A stretch of DNA of 63,989 nucleotides, the filler included, from Barthelona sp. PAP020 (taxonomy: Eukaryota), in assembly GCA_040182905.1 (NCBI GenBank). It is 13 parts of 13 records of this genome, joined end to end, with 100 filler letters (N's around TTAATTAATTAA, not from the genome) between each part and the next. Parts side by side here need not be neighbours in the genome. Positions count along the whole stretch, not along the records: positions 51,270 to 56,207 come from JARQWU010000638.1; positions 56,308 to 61,240 come from JARQWU010000639.1; positions 61,341 to 63,989 come from JARQWU010000805.1; 10 more parts are not named here. The stretch is one strand, 5' to 3'. The notes below the pieces were generated by a model. That model was not told the origin of the DNA. It worked only from the letters and a program-made list of their open reading frames with translations, and ran no database searches. The translations under genes and the position numbers were made by a program. Below are positions 52,636 through 63,989 of the stretch, one piece after another. The stretch's first letter is position 1, and each line of letters begins with the position of its first letter.

Positions 52636-53607
52636 ATGACTGAAAAACCAAAAAGATGGGTATTTCATTTCAATGATATGAAAGATTGGAATAATTGCGA
52701 TACATTTAATGATATTTTGTCTTTCATTGATTCGTTAATTTTAGCATCTTCAAATGTTGAAGATATTGATTGTACCACAGAAACGGACGTTTGTATGTTA
52801 TTAGTTGAGATTTTAAATGGCTTTGAGGAAATTTTGAACTCTATTGATCCAATTGATTCATCCGTTCAATATATTCGATATGGAAATCCGGCATTTCGTT
52901 TGTTTGTCAAACAAATTGGTGAATGGATGGATGAGGAATTGCCCAAAATTTTGTTGAATAGTCCATTTCAAAAATTTTCTCCAATATTTCAAGAATACAA
53001 ACTAGAATTGAATTTTTATCTGAATTCTTGTTGGGGTAGTGATGCAAGATTGGATTATGGCACCGGTCATGAACTGAATATTTTTTTATTCCTTTTTTGT
53101 TTAAATAAGATTGAAATTGTCACTGATCAGGATTTAAAGTGTCTATCAGATATATTTTTGAAAAAATATTGGATAATTTCGAGAAAAATAATTAAGAAAT
53201 ATAATTTAGAAGCAGCTGGATCCAAAGGGGTTTGGGGATTGGATGACTATCATTTTTTGTGTTTTGCGATTGGTGCTATGCAATTACAAATGACCGATTT
53301 AATTCCTGAAGCAGTTTTGAGTGAAAATATTCGTCAAGAATATTTGACAACGTCAGAATTTGTTAGATCAATACAATATGTGTTTGACACGAAGTTTGGG
53401 GTCTTTTCTGAACATTCACCAATGTTGGCACAAATACTTTCATTGAGAAGTTGGAAATCTATAAGAAAAGGCTTATTTAGAATGTTTATTTCTGAAGTTT
53501 TTAGTTCTTTTCCTGTTGTACAACATATTCATTTTTGTAGATTAATTACACCACCCGGACCTTATCCAAACCTTAATAACAGGGTGACTAATCTAAATGA
53601 ATTATAA
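52636..53607 (+). CDS. PTPA: PP2A phosphatase activator (PTPA/RRD)
   Basis: RYGNPAFR, RLDYGTGHELN, YNLEAAGSKGVWGLDDYHF, EHSPML, FPVVQH. Confidence 0.95.
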   Translation: MTEKPKRWVFHFNDMKDWNNCDTFNDILSFIDSLILASSNVEDIDCTTETDVCMLLVEILNGFEEILNSIDPIDSSVQYIRYGNPAFRLFVKQIGEWMDEELPKILLNSPFQKFSPIFQEYKLELNFYLNSCWGSDARLDYGTGHELNIFLFLFCLNKIEIVTDQDLKCLSDIFLKKYWIISRKIIKKYNLEAAGSKGVWGLDDYHFLCFAIGAMQLQMTDLIPEAVLSENIRQEYLTTSEFVRSIQYVFDTKFGVFSEHSPMLAQILSLRSWKSIRKGLFRMFISEVFSSFPVVQHIHFCRLITPPGPYPNLNNRVTNLNEL

Positions 53608-53699
53608 AATATATAATCTATTGTATATTTAGATCATATTCAGATTAGTTATCAGTAAATAGTTTATTCAAAACAACTTTTTTTTTTGTATTTGTTATT

Positions 53700-56207
53700 A
53701 TGATGATCATTTTTAACAAGGAACAAATTGATCAAATTCAAGATATTTTAAAAACAATAGAGGAGTTAGATGATGAAAATGAAATTGATTTATTTTTTGA
53801 TTACAATCATGATAATATTTCTGTTAACATTTTAAATGAACTTATTCAGGGTATTTGCGCTAAAAATAACATAAAATCTGTTCATTTTAATAGATGTGGA
53901 TTGAATTCTGAACAACATAAAGAAAGTATAATTTCAATTGTCAAAAATAGTTGTTCTATTAATGTATTGGATGTTGAAGAAAATGAATTAACCAGTGATT
54001 TTATTGAAGAGTATACAAGAGAAATTGAGAAACTTGAACGAGGACCGTTTTTAATGATTGCAAAAAATCCGATATATGATTACGGCTTTGATTTACTTCT
54101 AAAAGGAGAAATATTTGCCAAAAATGAAGAATTGAATTTGAGTGATTGTGGACTCACTTTGAGTAATTTTGCTAAAGATTGTAAGCTTTGTTTTTCCAAT
54201 GTTAAAACTTTAAATCTTAGAGGAAATTATATTCATTGTTGTTGTCATAGCGATTTGATTCAAAATGGATTGTACAAACTTTCTGAACTTTTTCCTAATT
54301 TGGAAATCCTTGATTTATCCGAAAATGCTATTGGTTCCTTTGATCAAACAGAGTTTTGGCAGTTAATTTTTAAAGAATTTGCTAATTTGAAGGAAATAAA
54401 ATTAGATGGAAACTTTATCAACAGTGATTTCATGTTTATTAACGCTGATGTTTATGAAGAAACAAAATTGGAAAAAATTGATCTAAACAACAATTATGTC
54501 ATCCTTGAAACTGATTTAAATGATTTATTCTATGGAATCAATACTGATTTATTTATAAATATGGGGATTCAAAAGCAAACCACGATGAATGAGAAGCAAT
54601 TTGATCAATTTTTGCGCAATTTGGTTTTAACTTACATGTACACTGGTTTAAGAAAGGAAAAACATGCTGATCTTTGCTTTATAATTGAAACCGAAAAAAC
54701 TATTCATCCAGATATCAAAGAATTGGTTAAATATTTTGAAGAATTTCCAAAATATTCTCGAAATTTGGAATTAATTTCTGATATTAATTTTTCGTTTGAT
54801 GAAACAAATGACAAAGAGGTTTCAATTTTGTTTGAGCTCGTAAAGTACATTCCTTCCATTGTACGACTTGATTTGGAAGGAATCACAAATGTTTCAAGTC
54901 TTTGTAAAGGTTTCAAAAACTATTGGGAAATGAAAGATAAAGAAATTGAGGCAAATCAACATTGCTTGTTTGAATTGAGAGTGGCAAATTGTTGCTTGAA
55001 AACTGAAGAAGAATTAAAATGTGTGTTACCTGTTAATGAAATGAAATATGGATTGATATCCCTTGACATTTCAAATAATAATCTTGATTCTGATGGTTGT
55101 AGATATTTTTTCCTTGAATATTTAAAAAACATTAGTTCTATACAAAAATTAAACATTGAAGGGTGTAACATAACAAGTGGTGATTTGATGAATCATTTAT
55201 TATATTCAAACAGTGCCATTTCTTTAGAAGAATTGATTTCATCAAAAAATAACCTTGTCATTAAGCAATGGAAAGAAAACAATTTGAAAAGTTTGAATTT
55301 TTCACAATGTAATTTAAAAAGGGAAAGTTTCGTCAATATTTTCAATTACTTGAAACATGCTAATAAGCTTGAGTTTGTTGACCTTTCTGAAAATCCTTTA
55401 CCTTTTAGTATTGTTTCAGAAATTGAAAATATAATATCTGAAGCCATACATCAGAACAATTCAGTTCGAAATTTGCTGCTAGATCCAGTATTTTATCGTA
55501 GCAATGTTATTGTTGAAGCATTCAACAACCATAAATTTTTGCACAAACAAATCGAAGAACTTGACATGGATTTCAATATCTTAAACCCAAATTTGAATGA
55601 AGTTGATCTATTGAACACTTTTCATTCTGTTGAACAAAAAGTAGATGAAGATTTGTTGAAGTTTTCGAAACCAATGGATATGGGGTATGGAAAACAACTG
55701 AACGACACCTCTTTTGATTTTTTGCAGACAAGTCCTGTTACCTTCTCTCCATTTAAAATGACAAGACAATCACCAATTGTAAAAGAGTCACCATTGCACA
55801 ACATGAAGACTCCAACTTCTGGTTCCAAGACATCTCGTTTTGGAAAGACATACAAGATGCGATCACCAATGGTTAACAGTCCAAATGTTGGTCTTGAAAT
55901 AACAGATGATGCAAATTTCTTTATAGAAGCTTTAAAAGGTATGTGGATGAATTACGAAAAGCAAGCAAAAGATAATCGCGAATTCTTCTGGGACACAATT
56001 GAAAATGATGTAGAAGAAGAGTTAACTGATATCAAAGAACTTCAAGGATATCCTGTTATTCCTGAAATTGACGCTATTAAAGAATATGTCAATAAAAGAG
56101 AATATCTTGAAAGAGACTATCAAAATGTTGAAGAAATTCAAGTTGAAGATTTGCTTAGCGTTAAAATTAATGATATTAGAAGAAATAGAGCGGAATTGAC
56201 TGAGTTT
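53700..56207 (+). CDS. RNI-like leucine-rich-repeat protein (3' truncated)
   Basis: Repeated LxLxxNxI units (LNLRGNYI, LDLSENAI, LDISNNNL). Confidence 0.8.
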
Positions 56208-56446
56208 NNNNNNNNNNNNNNNNNNNNNNNNNNNNNNNNNNNNNNNNNNNNTTAATTAATTAANNNNNNNNNNNNNNNNNNNNNNNNNNNNNNNNNNNNN
56301 NNNNNNNTGTTTTGAAGGAAAAGTGTATGGTTCTTTGGACAATATCAAATTTCGTAAATCGTTTGCACTATTTTCAATATTTTTCTTTGTAAATTGAATA
56401 GACATTCAAAAAAATGTTTAATATGAGGGAAAAAAAAACTTGAGAA

Positions 56447-59155
56447 ATGTTATTTGTGAATTTATGCAGAATATTTGACTTGATATTAAATAGTAAGGAT
56501 AGAAATCGAAGATTTGAATTATTTCAAAAATTATTTGAAAGCTTAAGAGAACAAAACGATGTTGAATTGCGTTTTTTTGTTTTAAGATTATGTGTACCAG
56601 ATTATGATAAAGAAAGAGGAACTTATGGAATAAAAGAAAACACTTTAGGTCGAATTATTACAAATTATTTTTGTTTTCCTTCAAATTCTGTTCAAGCTGA
56701 TCGAATAAAAAATTGGAGAATACCCAGAAATTCTTATTTATCTGGAGATATTAGTGAAATAATAAAAGAAATATCAAATGATTATCTACAGCATAATCAG
56801 GCAAAAAAAACAATCAAAGAAATTAATTTTTTTTTAAATTCCTTGGCGAATACAAGTAAATTTGAAGAATATTTGAGTTTATTCTCAAACATCTTGGAAG
56901 ATTTGACAGCAAATGAATTATTTTGGTTATGCAGAATTATTCTTAAAGAGTTGAAATTCTCTATTACAAGTGGAACAATAATGAGAATATGGCATAAAAA
57001 TTCTGAAGATTTTATCAAAAGAGGAGTTATGTTGAGTGTTATTTGCAAAGAGTTAATTGATGTTACTGTTTCTAAAACAGTGGAAATTAAACTGAATACT
57101 GCAATAAAACCTATGCTTTCTGAAAGAATAAGCAAAAGAGAATTGAATGAAAAGTTTGCCGATGCTATTACTTTTGTTGAAATGAAATATGATGGGGAAC
57201 GTATGCAAATACATAAAAATGGTGATTCTTTCAGGTTTTTTTCACGAAGATTAAAAGAATACACTGATCTTTATTCAAGTTTAAGCAAATCATTAATTGG
57301 CAATATTCATTCTCATTCCTGCATCTTAGATGGTGAATTATTGGTAATAAACCAAACAGATGGAAGTGTTATAGAATTTGGACATGCAAAAGGTGTTGCT
57401 AATGCAGTCAATTCCAATGAAGAATTCACAAATTTGGGTCTTGTAACAGCCAAATACACTTTATCGTTTATTGCTTTTGATATTCTATTCAACGAAGGAG
57501 TCTCCCTTTTGGAAAGACCTTTAGAAAGTCGAAAAGAAATATTAAACAAGGTTGTGTCTCCATATCAACATAGTTTATATTTGTCAAATGCTGTGAAATG
57601 CAGTTCTATTGATGAAATATTGAAAGAATATGACAGAGCTTTAGCTGAAGGACAAGAAGGTATTGTTGTAAAACGATTAGATTCATTGTATGCATTGGAT
57701 GAAAGAAATCAAGGTTGGTACAAAATGAAACCTGACTATGATGGTGCTTTAAAAGACATGGATTTTGTGGCTATTGGTGCTGATTACGGAACACGTAACA
57801 ATGAACATTATCACACGCTACATTTAGCGGTCCATGATGACAAAGGAGATTGGTTTGTTGTTACTAGCGTTGGAGCTGGTATCACAGACAAAAAACGTTG
57901 GGAAATTACTGAAATGCAAAAACAGTTTGCCCAACCTTATGGTAGAAAAAATCCGTTGACCATGCAAAACGGTCATGTGATCACATTTGGAGACACAGCA
58001 CCTGATGTGATTTGGAAACCAAAACATGGCTTTGCTGTAACTATTAATGCAACTCAAGTTATAAGAAGCAAAGGATGGAAGTTGGGATGGACCTACCGGT
58101 TTCCAAGAGTGATACGAATTCGGGAGGACAAACCACTTAATGATTGCTTGACTTTAAAAGAGTTGGAGTGTTTTGAAATGAATGAGGATGAGGATGTTCA
58201 ATTACGACTCTTCAATGAAAATTCCTTTAAAAACAAGTCAGAAAGCATTCAAAGCACAAAAATATTTATAGATTCTCAACAAACACAAAATGAATTACCA
58301 AAATCACAAAAGTGGAATATAGGAACTTTACAGGAGTTTAATGAACAGTTTAGTTCCAAAATTATGCAAAAAAATGAAAAAAAAGAGCTAGATTTATGTT
58401 TAATTGAAAATTTAGTCAGTCCTCAAACACAATATAAACATCTAACACCAGTAATTTCAAAAGAAAATTCATACCTTGGAAATATGTCTTCTTTGAATTC
58501 ACTGGCAAGTGATGAATACAATACATCATCCATAAACACTTCATACAATCAAAAGAAAAAAAAAAAGAGAAAACAACAAATCATTGCAAGAATGTCCAAA
58601 GGTGATAATTTGGTTGAATTTGAGTCTAACTTGTTTCAAGACATTAAAGTTTGCTTTTTAAGTCAAATTGGCAGTGATTTCAAAAGAAAATTAATAAACA
58701 ATGGAGCTATTATCACTAAAAATGTAAAACAATCAAATATTTTATGTACAACCAAAATTAATGTACAAACACGCAAAACTTTGGAGAATTATCCTCAAAC
58801 AGATGTGGTTCTTCCTGTATTTTTTCTCAAATGTTTAGAATCAAAAAAATTATTGATACCAAGAAGAAAATGGACATTATATTCATCAGATTCAACTAAA
58901 CAAAAGTTATTTTCAATTGAAGATCAATATGGCGATGGTTGGAATGAACTTTTAACAAACAAAGATTTAAAAACTTTAATTGAACAAATGAATGAAAATG
59001 AAATCACTTTTTTCAATTCGGATGTGATTGAATTGAAAGAGAATTTAAAGAATAGTTTTGGTTTTACAGACCAAAAACTCTTTTTTGACAGCAAGAATGA
59101 AGTTGTGAATAAATCAAAGGAATTGTTAAACATTCTTAATGGATACTGTGTGTAA
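56447..59155 (+). CDS. LIG4: DNA ligase IV
   Basis: DKERGTYGIKE, EMKYDGERMQIH, ILDGEL, EGIVVK, WYKMKPDY, RFPRV.RIREDK, a BRCT domain and the XRCC4-interaction-like DQYGD...LK. Confidence 0.9.
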   Translation: MLFVNLCRIFDLILNSKDRNRRFELFQKLFESLREQNDVELRFFVLRLCVPDYDKERGTYGIKENTLGRIITNYFCFPSNSVQADRIKNWRIPRNSYLSGDISEIIKEISNDYLQHNQAKKTIKEINFFLNSLANTSKFEEYLSLFSNILEDLTANELFWLCRIILKELKFSITSGTIMRIWHKNSEDFIKRGVMLSVICKELIDVTVSKTVEIKLNTAIKPMLSERISKRELNEKFADAITFVEMKYDGERMQIHKNGDSFRFFSRRLKEYTDLYSSLSKSLIGNIHSHSCILDGELLVINQTDGSVIEFGHAKGVANAVNSNEEFTNLGLVTAKYTLSFIAFDILFNEGVSLLERPLESRKEILNKVVSPYQHSLYLSNAVKCSSIDEILKEYDRALAEGQEGIVVKRLDSLYALDERNQGWYKMKPDYDGALKDMDFVAIGADYGTRNNEHYHTLHLAVHDDKGDWFVVTSVGAGITDKKRWEITEMQKQFAQPYGRKNPLTMQNGHVITFGDTAPDVIWKPKHGFAVTINATQVIRSKGWKLGWTYRFPRVIRIREDKPLNDCLTLKELECFEMNEDEDVQLRLFNENSFKNKSESIQSTKIFIDSQQTQNELPKSQKWNIGTLQEFNEQFSSKIMQKNEKKELDLCLIENLVSPQTQYKHLTPVISKENSYLGNMSSLNSLASDEYNTSSINTSYNQKKKKKRKQQIIARMSKGDNLVEFESNLFQDIKVCFLSQIGSDFKRKLINNGAIITKNVKQSNILCTTKINVQTRKTLENYPQTDVVLPVFFLKCLESKKLLIPRRKWTLYSSDSTKQKLFSIEDQYGDGWNELLTNKDLKTLIEQMNENEITFFNSDVIELKENLKNSFGFTDQKLFFDSKNEVVNKSKELLNILNGYCV

Positions 59156-60281
59156 ATCAGAAGAATTTGTAAATACAAGTTTCAAATTTATTTTATTTTT
59201 TAATCTGTTGTTTTATATATCTAATATTGATAATAGTGATGCACTGATTGACATTGTTTCTGATCTTTAAAGATGCTGATTTGAATATGTCTTTGGAGGT
59301 TTTGGCCAATAAATACAACAATGTTCAAGTTTCTGGGAAAAAAAAAACTTAATCTTAAAATGTGGGCTGGGCTTTGTAGAGCAGAAAATAAGACTTATGT
59401 AAATCTTTTTCACTTTACCGCCAAAACGATTTTGCTGATCACTTCCAACACTGGAAACTCTGTCTACGTATGTGATTCTCTCTCTCTGTTGCGATAACCA
59501 GGGAGTCTATAAACGTAAATGAAAACTTATTTGATGTGGTAATACTATCAAATTTTCGTCAATTAAATTTTGTTAAACGTTATTCAATGACTTAACCAAC
59601 CATTGTTGAATATTTACCCAACAGAAATTATACACACTGCAATATATGCCCTTTTTAACTTGAAACAATACTTTACATTTGTTCATCAAGTGTTGAACCA
59701 TTAAAACAATTTCTAAAGGAGAGAATCAATACACTATAATGTTTATTGAGCTATGGAAGGAGTTCATTTTGACCAAACACACAACCACACATTTTATTTT
59801 CCTGTTCTGCTCAAATGAGCAGTTTGAAAATTTTGAAAATACCCGATGTATGAAAGTATTGAATCAAATAACGAATTACTTTTATTTAATAAAATGCAAA
59901 ATTAGCAAACATACTCAATTTTTGAGATTGTCATTGTGAAGAAATTCAAGATTCGATTCTTTGAAGTGACTGCATGAACAAAGCCATAAAAACATTGAAA
60001 CAATGATTTTACATAGATTTTGAACAAACAACATAACAGTACACAATTATTATTTTCCAGCGTCTAACATCTTCAAAGCGCTGTTTGAATCAATTTCCAA
60101 CATGATTATTGGCACAAATTCGAAAAAGGAAATTTGAATGAAAAATCAGTTGTTATATTTAAAAAAGAACTTTCATATTAGTCTGATCAACAAGTTCATC
60201 ATTTGGACGAAAAGGAGTATTAATTTGGTGAAAAGAATCAAAACAACCCATTTTTTTATTTTATTTTATTTTTCACAATTC

Positions 60282-61240
60282 ATGTTAGAAACTGTGAAAA
60301 ATTTTCAAAATTTGCTGTTAGAAACAGTAAACAATGGGTTTAATGATTTCAAGCAGGTTATTGAAACAATTGAATTTGATTCTGTCTTTACTCTTCTCTC
60401 TGAATGCGATATACCAGTTGTTACAATTGCAACGAAGCTAGGCACTGCTTTTATGAACAGTAAGCAAGCACAAGAAGAAGGAAAAGTACTGTTTTTCCGA
60501 ATTCTCTGGTTGTCTTCCAACTTTGAAGAAATACTGTGTAATCAAGCTGCTATGGCAAATGATTCTAAGTTTAAACAATTTATGAGAATATTTTACGACA
60601 ATTGTGAATCTTCCCAAACTATTATTGAAAAGAGTTTGAATCGTGGATTTTTGGGGAGTTGCATTTTTGGAAGTGGAGATTTAGAGAAAATCAAAGAATT
60701 ACATCAAAGATTTGATAGTTTAAATGGTGATTTGAATGTAATGTTGACTACATGTAGTATAAATATGATGCCTGATGAAATTTCAGCTAAGATTGCTAAT
60801 CATTTGTTCCAGGTAAACGAAAAGCTAATGGATGAGATGCGTAAGAATTTTGGAAAGATCGAAGAGTTACAAAGACAGACAAATGACAAATTGTCAGTGT
60901 TAATGTCAAAAATAGATTCTCCATCACATGACAATAATGTTAAAGAGGTTTTAAGAAAGGTTCAACACACAGAGAATAAGCAAAATAACTCAGATTTTGA
61001 CATTCCCGAAATTAGTTTTGACAGAATAAGTGCATTGGAAGAGATAGGTCGAGGTGGATATGCGACCATTTACAAGGGAAAGTATCAAAGGGGGGATGTT
61101 GCTATTAAGTTCCCTTATGATTCCACAAAAGAGTTAGTCATGAGTGAATGCATTGCAGCAACATTTATTCATCAGTATATTTGTCGCATTTATGGTTTAA
61201 CTTGCAAAGATGGCAAATGGGGATATGTCATGGAATATTG
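60282..61240 (+). CDS. MLKL-like N-terminal helical bundle plus coiled coil plus TKL-type kinase (3' truncated)
   Basis: N-terminal helical region with E.K.L..RI..L...F..I / IEK...RGFLG..F....EKIKEL..RFD.L..DL.V, followed by IGRGGYATIYKG...VAIK. Confidence 0.65.
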
Positions 61241-61754
61241 NNNNNNNNNNNNNNNNNNNNNNNNNNNNNNNNNNNNNNNNNNNNTTAATTAATTAANNNN
61301 NNNNNNNNNNNNNNNNNNNNNNNNNNNNNNNNNNNNNNNNCTCCTCTATTTTTTTTTGTTTTTGCTTGTTAAGAGTGCTGTTTTTTGGGGGCATTCAAAA
61401 AGTCTCAAAAAAAAAAAATTCTTACACACAAACCATTCATTTTTCAATGTTTTTTAACAAAAACTTGTAAAATTTTATCAGTTTGTGATATTTTGCAATT
61501 ATAAAAATTACAGATGAATAATGAACGGCTTCAAAAATAACTCTATCATGTCTGATCACTTTCTTGCAAATGGTTTTGGTCTATTAACAAACAAAAGCAA
61601 CAGTTTGATATAAATTTATGTGAAAATATAAAATTGAGCATTAATGAAACAGTAGACCTGCTTATTCAATGAAAAAAATTGAGGAACACGACAAACAATT
61701 TGTTTATCTGTTTTATATGTTTCATATTATGGGTTCGAAGTTTATTGAGATCTG

Positions 61755-63869
61755 TTAAAAAACTATGTTTGGTTGAGCTAAAGAGAGATTTTCAATTTTA
61801 AATTCAGAAGGCTCTGAAAACATTTTTTCATTTGATTGATCTAAAGACTGTTGCAACGCTATGTGTAAATTTGAAGCCAAATCTCTGACTTTTTTATTTG
61901 AATGGATAACCAAAGAAGAAGCCATTGAATTCAATTGTTTCTGATAAACATAACGTCTTGGTGAATATATTGAACATTGAAACATTATAACAAATGTTTC
62001 CAAAATTTGTTGAATCAAATATGAATTGTTAAACAAATGTTTTAAATCCTTTAAGCTGTTCCAAAGACTCAACCAAAAATCATCAACAACATCATTCCAT
62101 AAATTAATTTGACTTTTCATTTTGTTTTTTGTGTCTGTTTCAATTTTTAAAACAACTTTCAACAGATCTCCGTTCTTTTTATTTAAAGTATCACTGTTTG
62201 ACAATAACAAAGCTGAATCAGCTATTGTTTGAAGAATAATAGTTCTTTCCTTATCAGAATAATCAACATTGGCAAAACAATTGACTAAAACGTTGCTTGA
62301 TTTTTGTGGTGCAGCAATTACACAAGAAATTAAACAACGATGTTGAAATTCATTGAAATTTTCAATACCATTTTTTTCAACTCCAATAAGCAAAGTGTTG
62401 ATAACTTCAGGCATTTGTTCATTCAAACCTCTAAAGGAAATTGTTCTTTCATATCCCAACAAAGAAGGAATTTCTTTCAAACATAGCTCTCGAACACGAT
62501 AATCTTCAGAATTTAGATTTGTATGTGCAATTCTCAAAGTAGCAGGTAAATTGAAATGAACAGTTGGAGTGGTTTCCAAATCTTCAGATAAATCTTCAAA
62601 ATCTTCAAAATCTTCAAAATCTTCAAACAATTGATCCATTGTTGAATCAATGGGGAAATATTCAGAATCTTTCATTTGAATATTGACTTCATCAACAAAA
62701 CTGTTAATTTCGTCATTAATTTCTTTTGATCTTGGATTATGTTCTCTTTCAGAATTTTTTGTTGACATGGTATCATTTTTCTGGAAATAAGGGGCCAAAA
62801 TTGGAATATGTTTTGGTTTCTCCTTATGTTCATCATCATTGGTAGAAACATATACTATAGTTTTTAAAAGATACGTCAGTATATCCACGTGAAAAGATTC
62901 TTTGATTAACTTTGAAACGATTGGCACCAATGCAATAATAAAATTATCAGAAAGGAACTCACAATTTGTTTCCTTCTTAAAATATAAACAATTAATAATC
63001 ACAACCACGATTTGAACAAATACCACATCATGAATTAAAGAACAGTCCTTTTCAATAATATTAAGTAAACCATTACAAACATCAATAAAACTTTTTTGTT
63101 TTTTGCATACATCAATCAGATGATTCAATTGGTTGGGTGTTAAAGCACTTGTCATTATGGCATTCAAAGTGAACTTTCCAACATCTAACATATTTTCAAA
63201 AACTTCACTTTGAAATGATTCATAATAATCTTTGTATTGATTTAAATAAATGTTGAAAGATTCCAATGGATAATTAGTTATTAAATGTTTAAAATATTTA
63301 TCATTTGAATAAGTGAAAAAACATTCATAAACAAGATTCAAATATCCTCTTCTGTAAAGATTTGAAAATATTTCGTCATATAATTCATTGTTAATCTTTT
63401 CATTGATTAAAAAAAAAGACACAATTTTGCAAAAATTGTAATTACTTAAAAATGGAGCATGAAGCATTTCAAAATAATTTGAAGCTTTATCAGTTAATTT
63501 TATGAAAACTGAAAAATCATTTTCTTTCAAATTGCAAAAGAACTTTTTTAATGGTTCAAAAGTTTCATTTAATAAACAACTTAGAATATTATAAAAGAAA
63601 GTTCGACGTTGATGATTTGTTAAATTTCTTTGATGCAAAGGTAATTTCCAATATTCAAAACAGAATTCTATTCCATCCAAAAAATCATCAAACAACCATT
63701 CGCTAAATTCTTTGATAAATTTTGAAGACAAAAAATTGATAAATTCACTTGTTTGGTTGATGATTGCTGTCAATTCATTAAAATTGTAATCTTTCGGTTT
63801 TTTTAATTCGCAAAAGCTTTTTTCAAGACCTTCTAGAGAATTCTGTTTTAAAAAACTATTCAATGTCAT
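61755..63869 (-). CDS. TEL2: Telomere length regulation protein TEL2 (TTT complex)
   Basis: P..LR.....L.SED....EL.L..IP.L, F.......L....IAAP, F....YS..ER..IL..I..SA..LS and an acidic linker. Confidence 0.75.
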   Translation of the reverse strand: MTLNSFLKQNSLEGLEKSFCELKKPKDYNFNELTAIINQTSEFINFLSSKFIKEFSEWLFDDFLDGIEFCFEYWKLPLHQRNLTNHQRRTFFYNILSCLLNETFEPLKKFFCNLKENDFSVFIKLTDKASNYFEMLHAPFLSNYNFCKIVSFFLINEKINNELYDEIFSNLYRRGYLNLVYECFFTYSNDKYFKHLITNYPLESFNIYLNQYKDYYESFQSEVFENMLDVGKFTLNAIMTSALTPNQLNHLIDVCKKQKSFIDVCNGLLNIIEKDCSLIHDVVFVQIVVVIINCLYFKKETNCEFLSDNFIIALVPIVSKLIKESFHVDILTYLLKTIVYVSTNDDEHKEKPKHIPILAPYFQKNDTMSTKNSEREHNPRSKEINDEINSFVDEVNIQMKDSEYFPIDSTMDQLFEDFEDFEDFEDLSEDLETTPTVHFNLPATLRIAHTNLNSEDYRVRELCLKEIPSLLGYERTISFRGLNEQMPEVINTLLIGVEKNGIENFNEFQHRCLISCVIAAPQKSSNVLVNCFANVDYSDKERTIILQTIADSALLLSNSDTLNKKNGDLLKVVLKIETDTKNKMKSQINLWNDVVDDFWLSLWNSLKDLKHLFNNSYLIQQILETFVIMFQCSIYSPRRYVYQKQLNSMASSLVIHSNKKVRDLASNLHIALQQSLDQSNEKMFSEPSEFKIENLSLAQPNIVF

Positions 63870-63989
63870 TAAAAATCATTTGAAAGAAAAAAAATAAAAA
63901 GGCAGAAGGTTTATATAAAATATTTGGATAGAAAATCCTCTAATGTGTGTTAAGATCTTACAATTCTTGAGTAGCTTGATCGTCAGATT

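Noticed and set aside
151..60520. Numerous 60-160 aa ORFs antisense to or out of frame within long genes
   Set aside because: Shadow ORFs of well-supported genes, with no independent motifs.
5099..61340. Regularly spaced TTAATTAATTAA palindromes in N runs, about every 5.1 kb
   Set aside because: These are artificial contig linkers; the periodicity reflects length-sorted contigs. Gene adjacency across them is meaningless.
62578..62626. 9-bp tandem repeats in TEL2 (FED x3-4) and in eIF4G at ~44918-44956 (EKI)
   Set aside because: Ordinary in-frame slippage in low-complexity linkers.

Overview
This window is not a continuous locus. It holds 13 short contigs (the 11 internal ones are 5089 to 4933 bp, in decreasing length order) joined by artificial 100-bp spacers (44 N + TTAATTAATTAA + 44 N). 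The DNA is from an AT-rich, gene-dense, flagellated unicellular eukaryote (IFT172, tau-tubulin kinase, SAM-kinesin-13). It uses the standard genetic code and has rare, very short (34-40 nt) GT-AG introns with a CTAAC branch point 7-9 nt before the 3' end. This architecture resembles metamonads, but the taxon cannot be fixed from sequence alone. Housekeeping genes include eIF2A, eIF3h, eIF4G, LysRS, IleRS, NOG1, Sly1, SPT3, archease, PTPA, DNA ligase IV, TEL2, OSBP, PITP, ceramide synthase and a papain-like protease. Reading beyond the ORF track adds four things: a nuclear RNase P RNA gene (41155-~41378); an unassigned ~400-nt structured minus-strand RNA candidate (27225-27625); two abutting mini-introns with a zero-length exon in a zinc-knuckle gene (39046-39117, candidate recursive splicing); and a modular palindromic dispersed repeat family. 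Unusual proteins include an MLKL-like helical-bundle plus kinase, a catalytically degenerate chitin synthase, a Lys-to-Arg class IV aminotransferase, a bacterial-type PARG, and an IleRS carrying the class IIb SKxxLKK RNA-binding helix that its head-to-head LysRS neighbour lacks at its N-terminus. All family calls come from motif recognition by eye; no database searches were run.
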